NCBI GenBank assembly: GCA_963751455.1
Contig: CAVVUN010000015.1
Location: 640,001 to 704,000 of the forward strand
DNA: 64,000 nt
Direction of reading: 5' to 3'
Origin: Nitrospirota bacterium
GTDB taxonomy: Bacteria > Nitrospirota > UBA9217
The notes beneath the pieces were generated by a model that worked only from the letters and a program-made list of their open reading frames with translations, had not been told where the DNA came from and searched no databases. The translations under genes and the position numbers were made by a program. This document shows positions 50,162 through 59,786 of this stretch, piece after piece. The number at the start of each line of letters is the position of its first letter. The first letter of the stretch is position 1.

Positions 50162-51106
50162 TCAGTACAGCATGCTTACGGTAAGCTGCTCTTTTTTGAG
50201 CAGGTTGTGAACGATCCGTTCCAGGCAGCGTGAAGGCCTCGAATAGGGGTATTCGACCGCGAGCGGCCGTTTGCTCCGAATCGACTGCCACACGCAATCG
50301 TCGTATTCCACATATCCCAGGTACTCCAGATGAATGCCGAAGTATTTCTGGCAGGCGCTTTTCATTGAAAATCCGATCTGGATGTCGGTTTTGGACCTTA
50401 CCTGGTTTACCACCAGCTTCGGCTTGAATTTCATGACTTCCAGCTCCAGGATTTCGCCGACCTCCCGTTCCATTGTTTTTACCCGTTCTATCAGATCGTA
50501 CGGCGTGCGAATGCCCATGGCGTTCTTCTGGTCCATGGCCGCGTCGATCAGGTCCTTTATCCCCTGGTGGGTCACGACTTTCTTGAAGCGGCGGTAGAAG
50601 GCGCTCTTGATGAACCGGTATGCGTTTTCGATGGCGGTCGGTTCCGGCAGCACAACAAGAATGCCGTGGTCGGAGAAGAGAAAAAAATCGAGGATATTGA
50701 ACGACGTTCCTGCGCCGAGGTCCAGCAGGATATAGTCCGCGTCGAGTGTCTCGAGGTGTCTGAGCAGCCGCGCTTTCTGCGCAAAATTGGGATTGGCGGC
50801 ATCCAGGAAGTCCTGGGCGCCGCTGATGAGACTCAGGTTCGGGATGCCTGTCTTGATGATGATGTCCTGGATGTTTTCGACGCGCCGGTTCAGAAAATCG
50901 GAAAGTGTTATGTCGGGCACACCGATCCCGAGGGTGGTATGCAGGTTCGCGCCGCCGAGATCGGCATCCACGAGCAGAACCTTTTTCTTCAGGCGGGCAA
51001 GCAAAATGCCGATGTTTCCGGTGATCAGGCTTTTGCCGATCCCGCCTTTTCCGCCGCCGATAGCCCAGATTTCTTTTTTGCGCAGGACATCCTGGATGTC
51101 GATCAT
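50162..51106 (-). CDS. MinD/ParA/FlhG-family P-loop ATPase
   Basis: GGKGGIGKS, VDADLGGANL, LDLGAG and PEPTAIENAY. Confidence 0.92.
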   Translation of the reverse strand: MIDIQDVLRKKEIWAIGGGKGGIGKSLITGNIGILLARLKKKVLLVDADLGGANLHTTLGIGVPDITLSDFLNRRVENIQDIIIKTGIPNLSLISGAQDFLDAANPNFAQKARLLRHLETLDADYILLDLGAGTSFNILDFFLFSDHGILVVLPEPTAIENAYRFIKSAFYRRFKKVVTHQGIKDLIDAAMDQKNAMGIRTPYDLIERVKTMEREVGEILELEVMKFKPKLVVNQVRSKTDIQIGFSMKSACQKYFGIHLEYLGYVEYDDCVWQSIRSKRPLAVEYPYSRPSRCLERIVHNLLKKEQLTVSMLY

Positions 51107-51756
51107 CCCGTGGTACTCTCCTCTGTTGCCGCGGCGACAGCGCTGCCGTCTTCAGCCGCCGAGGCCCCTTCGGGGGCCGGTTCCGGGTTCGCGTCTTCAA
51201 CAGGAATTTCCTCCATGACCTCCTCGCCGGCCTCCAACTCCTGAAATTCCTTTAACGTCGGCAGCGCGGACAGGTCCTTCATGCCGAAGTACTGAAGGAA
51301 GTCCGGAGTGGTCCCGTACAGCATCGGTTTGCCCGGTACGTCCTTCTTGCCGACGATCTTGACGAGGCGGCGTTCCATCAGGTTGCGCATGATGCCGCCG
51401 ATATTCACCCCCCGGACGGCCTCCACTTCAGTGCGTGTGATCGGCTGCTTATACGCCACGATCGCCAGCGTCTCGAGCGCCGGTCTCGAGAGCCTGGCGG
51501 ATACCTTTACTGATTTGAATTTCCGTATCCAGCCGGCTGTCTCCGGTCTTGTGGCGAATTGATAGCCTCCCGCCACTTCCGCGAGCATGATCCCGGCATT
51601 TCGGGCGTCGTATTCCCGGACGAGTTCCTGGAGCTGCGCTTCGATCTGTCCGGCAGCCGTCTCTTCAAAGATTCCGGTCAGCCTGTCCACGGACACGGGA
51701 TTGCCGGCCACGAACAGCAGCGCCTCGATTGCAGATTTCAGTTCATGATCTTCCAA
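51103..51756 (-). CDS. scpB: SMC-Scp complex subunit ScpB
   Basis: IEALLF, LSRPALETLAIVAYKQPITR and LYGTTPDFLQYFG. The TTG start at 51756 has an aaggag RBS; the longer ORF extends into repeats. Confidence 0.95.
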   Translation of the reverse strand: MEDHELKSAIEALLFVAGNPVSVDRLTGIFEETAAGQIEAQLQELVREYDARNAGIMLAEVAGGYQFATRPETAGWIRKFKSVKVSARLSRPALETLAIVAYKQPITRTEVEAVRGVNIGGIMRNLMERRLVKIVGKKDVPGKPMLYGTTPDFLQYFGMKDLSALPTLKEFQELEAGEEVMEEIPVEDANPEPAPEGASAAEDGSAVAAATEESTTG

Positions 51757-51775
51757 GTCAAACTCCTTTGACACC

Positions 51776-51900
51776 GCATAGCGCACACCCTGCACTCGCG
51801 CGATCGCACTCATAAACGCTGGGTGCAAGGGGGCATGGCGCAAAGCGAAAATTCCGTCGGTTGTGCTCTTTGCGCTCTGCGCTCTGCTCTCTGCGCATTG
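51776..51900. repeat. Inverted heptamer hairpin (GCRYAGC) with REP-like copy B in one arm
   Basis: gcatagc-gcaca-[51789-51830]-gcatggc-gcaaagc ... gctcttt-gcgctct-gcgctct-gctctct. Confidence 0.8.
51789..51830. mobile_element. ~42-bp REP-like element, copy B
   Basis: cctgcactcgcgcgatcgcactcataaacgctgggtgcaagg. Confidence 0.7.
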
Positions 51901-51906
51901 CATCTG

Positions 51907-52755
51907 TTACATTCCCGCCGGATCGCCCATCCTGCCAAGGGCAACCTTGGCGTTCATTTTGACATCGAGGTCCGTCGACAGCTCCATGATCTTCCGGATC
52001 TTCGGCAGAGCCTCTTTTACGATTTGCGGGTTGGAACTGCCGATATTGTCGAGCGCGGCGACCGCGTTCTTTACGGCATTCGGATGGCCGCTGTCGAGAT
52101 AGGCCATGAGACGGGGCACGAGGCCCGCCACTTCTGCCGGGTAATGGAGGCCGATGGCGCCGAGCGCAAACAGGACCCCGCCGCAGGTGGCTTCTTTGGA
52201 GAACTCGAGCACTTCGATGAGCTTCGGCAGAATACCGCGGATCAATTCAGGGGCATTGATGCCGATCTTGCCGAGGGCATGGGAGACTGCTTCACGTTCG
52301 TCGTCATCGCCCCGTTCCAGCATCTCAATCAGATGCGGGACCGTGTCCCTGACAATGTCCGTATGGGCGAAGCCGATATTTCCGAGAGCATAGGCCGCTT
52401 CCTGCCGCACGAGGCTCTGCTCGTGGCGCAGCATTGCTTTCAGCTTCGGAGCGGCACTTGCGGCTGAATCCTTAAAATTAAACCCCAGGTTCCCGACTGC
52501 GTTTGCCGCGTCGATCTTGATGAACATGTCCGGTTCGTCGAGAAGCGCGATCAATACCGGGAGATGCGGCCGCGTGTCCTGCGGATAATCAAAGCCGACC
52601 CGGGACAGCAGGTTCAATGCCCCTGAACGAATATCGCCGTTCTTTTCCCGAAGCAGGCCGACCAGCTCGCCTATCAGGGACCGGTCCTCGTAGACAGCGG
52701 TCTCTATCGCTCCGAATTTTTTTTGAAGGGCTAGCGCTTTTATGTCGGGTTTCAT
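51907..52755 (-). CDS. HEAT-repeat protein
   Basis: Repeated VRxxAAxALGxIG units; ATG at 52755. Confidence 0.85.
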   Translation of the reverse strand: MKPDIKALALQKKFGAIETAVYEDRSLIGELVGLLREKNGDIRSGALNLLSRVGFDYPQDTRPHLPVLIALLDEPDMFIKIDAANAVGNLGFNFKDSAASAAPKLKAMLRHEQSLVRQEAAYALGNIGFAHTDIVRDTVPHLIEMLERGDDDEREAVSHALGKIGINAPELIRGILPKLIEVLEFSKEATCGGVLFALGAIGLHYPAEVAGLVPRLMAYLDSGHPNAVKNAVAALDNIGSSNPQIVKEALPKIRKIMELSTDLDVKMNAKVALGRMGDPAGM

Positions 52756-52771
52756 AAGATTAAATCTCGTA

Positions 52772-52937
52772 GCCACAGAGAGCATAGAGACTGCAGAGAA
52801 ATGCCCTTAAATCACTGAATGTTCCACTATCGGAACAGTGTTTTTTTTCATGAAGCTCAGGAGTAATTATAAGCGTTTCAAATATAAAAAATCTTTCAAT
52901 AAGGAGATCTCTCTGTGAACTCGGTGTCCTCTGTGGC
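52772..52937. repeat. Inverted 9-nt tandem-repeat element (CACAGAG type)
   Basis: gccacagag-agcatagag-actgcagag ... ctctgtgaa-ctcggtgtc-ctctgtggc, around an AT-rich spacer. Confidence 0.85.
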
Positions 52938-52954
52938 AAAATGCTTTTAAGGAT

Positions 52955-53713
52955 TTACCCGAACAGGTTCCCGGTTGCGGTGTCCTTGTCCCGCTTTTCC
53001 GTCACTGCCTTCATGATCCGGATTGCGCCGAATTGTTCAACCTGTACGGCTTTCACGACCCGGGTTTTGACCAGTTCGAGAAGCGCCAGGAAGGTGGCGA
53101 TCACCTGCGCTTTGGTCGTGCTGCCCTCGAACAGGTCGGCAAAAACCAGGCTGTCCGAGAGCTCGAGCCGGGAAAGGATCTGGGAAATCTTCTCGGTGAT
53201 GGAGACCGCCTCGGCCGTAATCTCGAACCCGGCATCCGGCACCCGCGCCATCACGTCCTTGAGCGCGGCGAGAAGGTCGAACAGGTGAAAATCGAAGAGC
53301 AGGGGTTCATCGTCAGCCGGTATGTCGGGCGCAGCCTCGGCCGCGCGTGTATAGATTCTGGACCAGGTCTCTTCCTTGTGCTCCAGGGAGGAAGCTGCCT
53401 CTTTGAAGCTCTTATACTCGAGCAGCCTGCGAATAAGCTCGGCATGAGGATCGACGCCTTCTTCATCGCCTTCAGGGTTTTCCGGCGGAGGAAGGAGCAT
53501 TCTTGACTTGATGTGCGTGAGTGTGGACGCCATCACAAGGAATTCACCTGCGATTTCCATGTCCAGGCTTTTCATGAGTTCGAGGTATTCAAGATACTGT
53601 TGAGTGATGTCTGCGATAGGGATGGAGTAAATATCGAGTTCGTGCTTCTTGATGAGATGCAGCAGAAGGTCCATGGGGCCTTCGAAGATCTCAAGTTTGA
53701 TCTGATAGGACAT
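52955..53713 (-). CDS. scpA: Segregation and condensation protein A
   Basis: FEGPMDLLLHLI, KSRMLLP and FLALLELVK. Confidence 0.96.
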   Translation of the reverse strand: MSYQIKLEIFEGPMDLLLHLIKKHELDIYSIPIADITQQYLEYLELMKSLDMEIAGEFLVMASTLTHIKSRMLLPPPENPEGDEEGVDPHAELIRRLLEYKSFKEAASSLEHKEETWSRIYTRAAEAAPDIPADDEPLLFDFHLFDLLAALKDVMARVPDAGFEITAEAVSITEKISQILSRLELSDSLVFADLFEGSTTKAQVIATFLALLELVKTRVVKAVQVEQFGAIRIMKAVTEKRDKDTATGNLFG

Positions 53714-53827
53714 CTGTTCTGAAGCCCCTCCCTGGGGCCGAATCGCGCGACTGGCCGTGAAAAAAGTATTATAGAAAATTAGCGTTATTTGCCCGAAAAG
53801 TCAAGAGGAAAGGTTGCGGATGAGGTG

Positions 53828-53953
53828 CGAATGCGGATTTCGGAGTGCGGAGTGCGGAGTGAAAACCAGTACCGCGAGCGCTAGCCTTATAGATTAATTT
53901 GTACAGCTTTTAATGTTTCAGTTCCGAATTCCGAACTCCGCATTCCGCACTCG
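53828..53953. repeat. Inverted heptamer hairpin (GTGCGGA)
   Basis: atgcgga-tttcgga-gtgcgga-gtgcgga ... ttccgaa-ttccgaa-ctccgca-ttccgca. Confidence 0.85.
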
Positions 53954-53991
53954 ATTAGTTTGGTATAATGGTTTTACAGGAGGGGAGCTTG

Positions 53992-54993
53992 ATGCTGTCC
54001 GGAAACGGAATGTACACAGAAAAAGAGCTTTTGCGCCTGGTCCGGAAATGGGTACCGCGGGAACGGGTGCCGAAGCGCATTCGGGTAAAGGACACGGGCG
54101 ATTTTTTCCGGGTGGATTACGACGACGTGGTCATGCTCGCCGGAGTCCCGTATTTTGTGCGCAACAACGAACGAGAGGGCCGGTTCGGGCTCGACGACGA
54201 GCAGAAGTTCTGGGTAAAGCGAGCCCGGAACCTGCTGACCGGCGATGTTAAAATCCTGAAGTGGGTGTTCAAGGAGCGTTTCCAGTCCAAAATCGGAAAC
54301 CTGGTTTTCGAATGCGTCCGCAGCCCCCAGAAAGAGGCGCGGATCCTCGAACTGGTCAGGGGCAGGCCGGACTTCATGCAGGGGGAGACGGTATTGGATT
54401 CGGCCGGGAACGAGCTGCGGATCCTGGACTTTATAAAAGGCTTGACCCTGGACCGGGTCACGCTGGAAACCGGCAGGGACCACGAGGATTTCTTTTTTAA
54501 CCACTTTCCCGGCCTGCTTGACGAGTTCGTCAGGGTCGTCGAGGCCATTCGGTTCCTGCACGGGAATGACGAAAAGCACGGGGATATACGCCGGGACCAT
54601 CTGATCAAGGACGCCTCGACCGGCCAATACAGATGGATAGACTTCGACTTCAACTACTGGCACGGCGAGAGCCGTTTTGCATACGATCTCTTTGGCCTCG
54701 GCAACATCCTGCTCTTTATCACGGGGCGGGGCGACATTACAACGCACCGGCTGTACCGGGAAAATCCGGAGATGCTTCAACGGCTCACGGAAAACGATCT
54801 CAATATCGTTTTCCGAAACCGGGTCAATAACCTGAAGAAGATCTATCCGTACATCCCTGAATCGCTGAACCGGGTGCTGATGCATTTTTCTGTCGGCTCG
54901 TATGTTTATTACGAAGAAACGCAGGAGCTGCTGGAAGACCTGGGACGGGCGAGGGAGGACATCATTTCGGATTGCGGAGTGCGGAGTGAATAA
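53992..54993 (+). CDS. Protein-kinase-like fold protein with atypical catalytic loop
   Basis: VKILK, FLHGNDEKHGDIRRDH, WIDFD and DLFGLG. Confidence 0.7.
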   Translation: MLSGNGMYTEKELLRLVRKWVPRERVPKRIRVKDTGDFFRVDYDDVVMLAGVPYFVRNNEREGRFGLDDEQKFWVKRARNLLTGDVKILKWVFKERFQSKIGNLVFECVRSPQKEARILELVRGRPDFMQGETVLDSAGNELRILDFIKGLTLDRVTLETGRDHEDFFFNHFPGLLDEFVRVVEAIRFLHGNDEKHGDIRRDHLIKDASTGQYRWIDFDFNYWHGESRFAYDLFGLGNILLFITGRGDITTHRLYRENPEMLQRLTENDLNIVFRNRVNNLKKIYPYIPESLNRVLMHFSVGSYVYYEETQELLEDLGRAREDIISDCGVRSE

Positions 54994-55160
54994 ACCTAAA
55001 AACGGCAGTTGAACGCGGATAAACGCAGAAACGGCGGATAAGTCGAAGACTTAGAGTCGAAGCGAAAAGTCCAGGTGGGTGCTGGTTTTTTATTAAGAAG
55101 GTCATTTTTATTATGTTTATCTAATGTTATCCGATTTTTCCGTGTCCGAATGCTCTTTTT
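54991..55160 (+). mobile_element. ~165-bp MITE-like nonamer element, copy 1
   Basis: taaacctaaaaacggca-gttgaacgcggat... and ...atccgatttttccgtgtccgaatgctctttt; homologous to 61555-61717 in the reverse orientation. Confidence 0.7.
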
Positions 55161-55183
55161 ACATAACGGAAAGGAGCACCACG

Positions 55184-55660
55184 ATGAAAACAGACAGCAA
55201 TGACACCGTAAAAGACAAGCACCTCCTGATTGCGGTGGACGAGTCAGAAAGTTCGCGCCGGGCGGTGCTGTATGTGGCGGATATTCTCGGCGGTTTTCCG
55301 GGGTTCAAGGCCACGCTTCTGAGAATTGTGCCTGAGCCGGAAGAGGATTTCTTCGATACCGAGGCCGATATGACCGCCTGGATGAAGGAGAAGATTGAGG
55401 CGTCCAACAAAATGCTTGAGAACTACCGCCAGATACTCATACAGTCCGGTTTTGCCCCGGAAAAGGTCCGGTATCGATCCTGCGTTGGAGAAGCACGGTC
55501 ACTGGCCGAAGCGATCCTCGAAACCCGGTGCGATCTTACCTGCTGCACCGTGGTCGTCGGCCGGCATCACAAGTCGAAGACCGAAGAGTTCCTCTTCGGA
55601 AGCACGTCGAGCAAACTGATCCATGAAGCGAAAAACTGCGCGGTCTGGGTAGTGGAATAA
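55184..55660 (+). CDS. Universal stress protein
   Basis: LLIAVDESESSRRAV, VVVGR, FGSTSSKL and AVWVV; aaggag RBS. Confidence 0.9.
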   Translation: MKTDSNDTVKDKHLLIAVDESESSRRAVLYVADILGGFPGFKATLLRIVPEPEEDFFDTEADMTAWMKEKIEASNKMLENYRQILIQSGFAPEKVRYRSCVGEARSLAEAILETRCDLTCCTVVVGRHHKSKTEEFLFGSTSSKLIHEAKNCAVWVVE

Positions 55661-55932
55661 TGAACGATGTGCGCATTCCAGGGTGAGCAAGATTGCTTCG
55701 CTGCGCGCAACGACGGTGCGCGGCTTGGCAACAGCAGTGTATGTGCGTTTAGGCGCTTACGCCTATAACATCGACAAAAGATTGTCGATCTTTAAAAAGA
55801 ATTTAATGCAAAAACAGGATTATATTGCGCTCGCAAAGGAAGGCCAAAGCGCCGGGTTTAAAACCAGACTTAAAGCTACTTTACGAACCAACATCTTGAG
55901 TTTTTAGTCGAGTCAAAACCAAAACAAAATTT

Positions 55933-56156
55933 TCACACAAAGCCACGAAGCCACAAAGAAGAAAACTGATTTTTTGTCTTTCGATTTTTGGTCTTTCTCC
56001 GTGTCTTAGTGGCTTCGTGTGAGATCGTTTTAAGGTTTTACTTTTGCTTTATTGGTCTGAGGCGTAACCTCATAAAAGTTTTCTTTGCGTTCTTTGCGGC
56101 TTTGCGAGAGACGCCTTTTAGATTTTGTCTTTTGGTTCCGGCTTGTCCGGGTTAGG
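55933..56156. repeat. 8-nt inverted-repeat hairpin plus nonamer half-element with CCGGCTTGTCCGG tail
   Basis: cacacaaag-ccacgaag-ccacaaag / ctccgtgt-cttagtgg-cttcgtgtg; ctttgcgtt-ctttgcgg-ctttgcgag; tttggttccggcttgtccgggttag. Confidence 0.75.
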
Positions 56157-56166
56157 AGGTTGAACA

Positions 56167-56721
56167 ATGACAGATCATGTCTGTCCCTGGTGGCTGGCGT
56201 ATACGTTCGATAACCCGTTGCGCCGGTTTCTGCACGATCCGGTAAAACTCCTTTCTCCCCATGTTAGGGAAGGAATGACAGTAGCCGATATCGGGTGCGG
56301 CATGGGTTACTTCTCAATTGCAATGGCGGAGATGGTCGGGGACCGGGGAAAAGTGATTGCCGCTGATCTTCAGCAGGAGATGCTCGATATCATGCAGAAG
56401 CGGGCAGTGAAAAAGGGCATGATATCCCGTATCCGCCCTGTTCTCGCATCAGAGAACCACATCAACATCAACGAACCGGTCGATTTCGTTCTTGCCTTCT
56501 GGATGGTCCACGAGGCCGGCGACATCCCTCGCTTGTTTTCGGAGGTTTCCTCGATCCTGAAAGACCCGGGAAGGTTTCTCATTGCAGAACCGAAAATGCA
56601 CGTTAGCCGCCACGCGTTCGAGCGGACGCTGGAATATGCCAAAATTGCGAACTTCAGAATAGTCGAAGCACCGCGCGTAGGCATCAGCCGGGCGGTTGTG
56701 CTGTCGAAGAAACGAGAATAA
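56167..56721 (+). CDS. Class I SAM-dependent methyltransferase
   Basis: HVCPWW, VADIGCGMGYF and FWMVHE. Confidence 0.9.
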   Translation: MTDHVCPWWLAYTFDNPLRRFLHDPVKLLSPHVREGMTVADIGCGMGYFSIAMAEMVGDRGKVIAADLQQEMLDIMQKRAVKKGMISRIRPVLASENHININEPVDFVLAFWMVHEAGDIPRLFSEVSSILKDPGRFLIAEPKMHVSRHAFERTLEYAKIANFRIVEAPRVGISRAVVLSKKRE

Positions 56722-56925
56722 AAAGCAGGTTGAAAAGTTTTTGAGTCGTTGAAGAGGGGAGTTGTTCTGTCCTTGAGGAGCAGATCGAATACTGAAAACA
56801 TAAGCACCTCTTATCAGCATGCGCCAAAAGAGAGGCCACCGGCGCGGGGTTTTGAAACCCTGTTTTATTTCGCCCTTGTTTAACGCCCTTTTTCGATACA
56901 AAAATTATTCCAACCGCGTCTATCT

Positions 56926-56980
56926 TGACTAAATATGGTATTAGTTTTGTCTTGACAGCACAATATGTTGTGGCTATACT
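56926..56980 (+). promoter_or_regulatory. nrdJ sigma70 promoter with tandem NrdR boxes
   Basis: TTGACA(56952)-N17-TATACT(56975). Boxes tgactaaatatggtat (56926) and gcacaatatgttgtgg (56958) lie 32 bp apart and fit acaCwAtATaTwGtgt. Confidence 0.85.
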
Positions 56981-57168
56981 CCATACCAGTTTTTGATGAT
57001 TCTTAAGGTTCGATAACCGATTTAATCTGGATCACCTTCTTCTCGCTAATACAAATACAAGATTCCCGACAGGCGGTAAATCGTAATGATGGTCCGTTTG
57101 CTTTTCGACAGCTTCTTACAATCTTGTTCCCGTAATCAGAAGAATCAGCCGTTCAAGGATTAGACATC

Positions 57169-57203
57169 AATCAGGGCGAAATGCTCGCCCTGATTTTATT
57201 TTT
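57169..57203 (+). terminator. Terminator-like hairpin inside the nrdJ leader
   Basis: aatcagggcga-aatgc-tcgccctgatt forms an 11-bp perfect stem, followed by ttattttt. Confidence 0.6.
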
Positions 57204-57233
57204 CTATTACTCACTATCTATTCGGGAGGCGTT

Positions 57234-59612
57234 ATGAAGAGCGCGGCATCCGTCTCTGCTTCAACAACCGGGAAGGGTCTCAACCTGTCCGAGAATTGCC
57301 TCAAGGTCCTCGAAAAGCGATACCTGAAGCGCAATGAAGACGGGACCGTTATCGAAACAGCAGTAGACATGTTCACCCGCGTGGCACGCACTATTGCCGA
57401 GGCGGACCGGGCCTACGGCAAAACCGCCGAGGACGCTGAGCGGACCGCCACGGAATTCTACCGCCTCATGACCTCCCTCGAGTTTCTCCCGAACAGTCCC
57501 ACGCTCATGAATGCGGGCCGCGAGCTCGGACAGCTTTCGGCCTGCTTCGTGCTGCCGGTGGGCGATTCCATGGACGAGATCTTCGAGTCCGTGAAGAACG
57601 CCGCGCTCATCCACAAATCAGGCGGGGGCACGGGCTTCTCCTTCTCGCGGATCCGTCCCCGGAACGATGTGGTCAAATCCACAAAGGGCGTTTCCTCGGG
57701 CCCGATCTCATTCATGACGGTGTTCGACGCGGCGACCGAGACGGTGAAGCAGGGCGGAACCCGCCGCGGCGCGAATATGGGCATCCTCCAGGTCGACCAC
57801 CCGGACATCCTCGACTTCATCACCTGCAAGCAGCAGAATGACCGGCTGAACAACTTCAATATTTCGGTGGCAATGACCGATACTTTCATGGAAGCCGTGG
57901 AGAACGACGGCGAGTATGAACTGGTTTCCCCCCGCGGCAAAGCCGTGGTCAAGCGGCTGAAAGCGCGGAAAGTCTTCGACACTATCGTGAACATGGCCTG
58001 GAAGAACGGCGATCCGGGCATTATCTTTCTCGACCGCATCAATCAGTACAATCCGACTCCGCACGTCGGCCGGGTAGAGTCTACGAACCCCTGCGGCGAG
58101 CAGCCGCTGCTGCCGTACGAGTCGTGTAACCTCGGCTCGATCAACCTCGCGAAGATGCTCGAGAAGCACGGCAAGACTATCGATTACGGCAAGCTGCGCA
58201 ATACCGTGCGCTCGGCGGTCCATTTCCTGGACAACGTTATCGACGCCAACCGGTACCCGATAGAAAAAATCAGCGAAATGACGCGGGCCAACCGCAAGAT
58301 AGGCCTCGGTGTGATGGGCTTCGCTGATATGCTCCTCGAGATGGGCGTTCCCTACAATTCCGAGGAAGCGGTGCGGACTGCGGAGAAGCTCATGAAATTC
58401 ATTACCGATGAAGGCCGGATCATGAGCCAGGAACTGGCGAAAGAGCGCGGCACGTTCCCCAACTTCAAGGGAAGCATCTACGACAAGCCCGGCATGCCTC
58501 CCGTAAGAAACGCAACGGTGACTACGATCGCCCCCACAGGCACGCTCTCAATCATTGCGGGCTGCTCAAGCGGGATAGAGCCGCTTTTCGGGCTAACCTT
58601 TATCCGGAAAGTGCTTGACGGCGCGGAATTGCTCGAAGTAAACCCGGTGTTCGAGCGGATTGCGAGCGAGCGGGGGTTCTATTCGGGCGACCTGATGAAA
58701 GAGATAGCAGAGCACGGCGGATGCACCGGTATTCCGACGGTCCCGGAGGACGTGCAGCAAATCTTCGTAACAGCTCACGATATAACCCCGGAATGGCATA
58801 TCCGCATGCAGGCGGCCTTCCAGAACCATACCGATAACGCGGTGTCCAAGACCGTGAACTTCCCGCATACCGCAGCGCAGAAGGACGTTGATAAAGTCTA
58901 TCTGCTGGCCTACAAACTCGGCTGCAAAGGCGTTACCATCTACCGTGACGGTTCACGCGACGAGCAAGTGCTTTCGACCGGCGCCACGGAGAAAGCGCGC
59001 AAAGCAGCGGCCGCTGCCCAGATCATGCTCTCGCAGGACGGCGCCTCGGCGGCCATTGAACCGGTTGAGGAGAAGAAGCCCCGGTACCGGCCTCTGCTTA
59101 CTCACGGTGTCACGCAAAAGATCCCTACCGGGTGTGGAAATCTTTACATTACGATCAACGAGGACGAGGAGGGCATCTGCGAGGTGTTCTCGACCATGGG
59201 CAAGTCCGGCGGATGCGCAGCCAGCCAGTCCGAGGCGGTCAGCCGCATGGTATCGCTGGCGCTCCGGTCCGGCATTTCCCTGGAGGCAATCATCAAGCAG
59301 GTAAAAGGTATACGCTGTCCCTCCCCGGCGTGGGGCGAGGGCGGGTCCATCCTGTCCTGCCCGGACGCAATCGGCAGGGCGCTCGAGCGCTATTCCAAGG
59401 ACGGCGTTAATGACCGTCGCCAGAACAAGCCCAGGAGTTCCGTTGGCGTTGCCGATCAGCCGACCGTCCCGTATGGTTCATCGGACTGCGTAAAGGGCGG
59501 CAACAAGAACCATCTGGGACTCTGCCCGGAATGCCCGGACTGTGGCGGCCTTCTTGAGTTCGGCGAAGGCTGCGCTTTCTGCAGGGGCTGCGGGTTCTCG
59601 AAGTGCGGTTAA
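57234..59612 (+). CDS. nrdJ: Vitamin B12-dependent (class II) ribonucleotide reductase with TSCPD domain
   Basis: [41 protein letters not shown] and a C-terminal CPDCG...CRGCGFSKC. Confidence 0.96.
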   Translation: MKSAASVSASTTGKGLNLSENCLKVLEKRYLKRNEDGTVIETAVDMFTRVARTIAEADRAYGKTAEDAERTATEFYRLMTSLEFLPNSPTLMNAGRELGQLSACFVLPVGDSMDEIFESVKNAALIHKSGGGTGFSFSRIRPRNDVVKSTKGVSSGPISFMTVFDAATETVKQGGTRRGANMGILQVDHPDILDFITCKQQNDRLNNFNISVAMTDTFMEAVENDGEYELVSPRGKAVVKRLKARKVFDTIVNMAWKNGDPGIIFLDRINQYNPTPHVGRVESTNPCGEQPLLPYESCNLGSINLAKMLEKHGKTIDYGKLRNTVRSAVHFLDNVIDANRYPIEKISEMTRANRKIGLGVMGFADMLLEMGVPYNSEEAVRTAEKLMKFITDEGRIMSQELAKERGTFPNFKGSIYDKPGMPPVRNATVTTIAPTGTLSIIAGCSSGIEPLFGLTFIRKVLDGAELLEVNPVFERIASERGFYSGDLMKEIAEHGGCTGIPTVPEDVQQIFVTAHDITPEWHIRMQAAFQNHTDNAVSKTVNFPHTAAQKDVDKVYLLAYKLGCKGVTIYRDGSRDEQVLSTGATEKARKAAAAAQIMLSQDGASAAIEPVEEKKPRYRPLLTHGVTQKIPTGCGNLYITINEDEEGICEVFSTMGKSGGCAASQSEAVSRMVSLALRSGISLEAIIKQVKGIRCPSPAWGEGGSILSCPDAIGRALERYSKDGVNDRRQNKPRSSVGVADQPTVPYGSSDCVKGGNKNHLGLCPECPDCGGLLEFGEGCAFCRGCGFSKCG

Positions 59613-59786
59613 ACGCTTCACTCAAATATTTTCTGATTTAAGGTGAAAGAATCACGAATTTTGTTGTGAGCAAGAGTGTCTTCGGTTTATAATTGGAGCC
59701 GACGTTATGAAAACCGGGGGTTAGGGTGATCCTCTTCTGCACCATTTTCAAAACCAGGCAATATTATAAAACACGTTAACAAAAAG

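Noticed and set aside
51757-51903. N-terminal extension of ScpB given in the ORF track
   Set aside because: It is translated repeat/REP DNA; an aaggag RBS supports the TTG at 51756.
55683-55907. 74-aa ORF and the inverted repeat atcgacaa-N4-ttgtcgat
   Set aside because: No recognisable motif or strong RBS, and a single short IR cannot be assigned to a regulator.
56987-57233. Cobalamin riboswitch upstream of nrdJ
   Set aside because: The hallmark GGGAA...GCCACUG...AGCCAGGAGACC elements were not found; kept only as an unknown structured leader.
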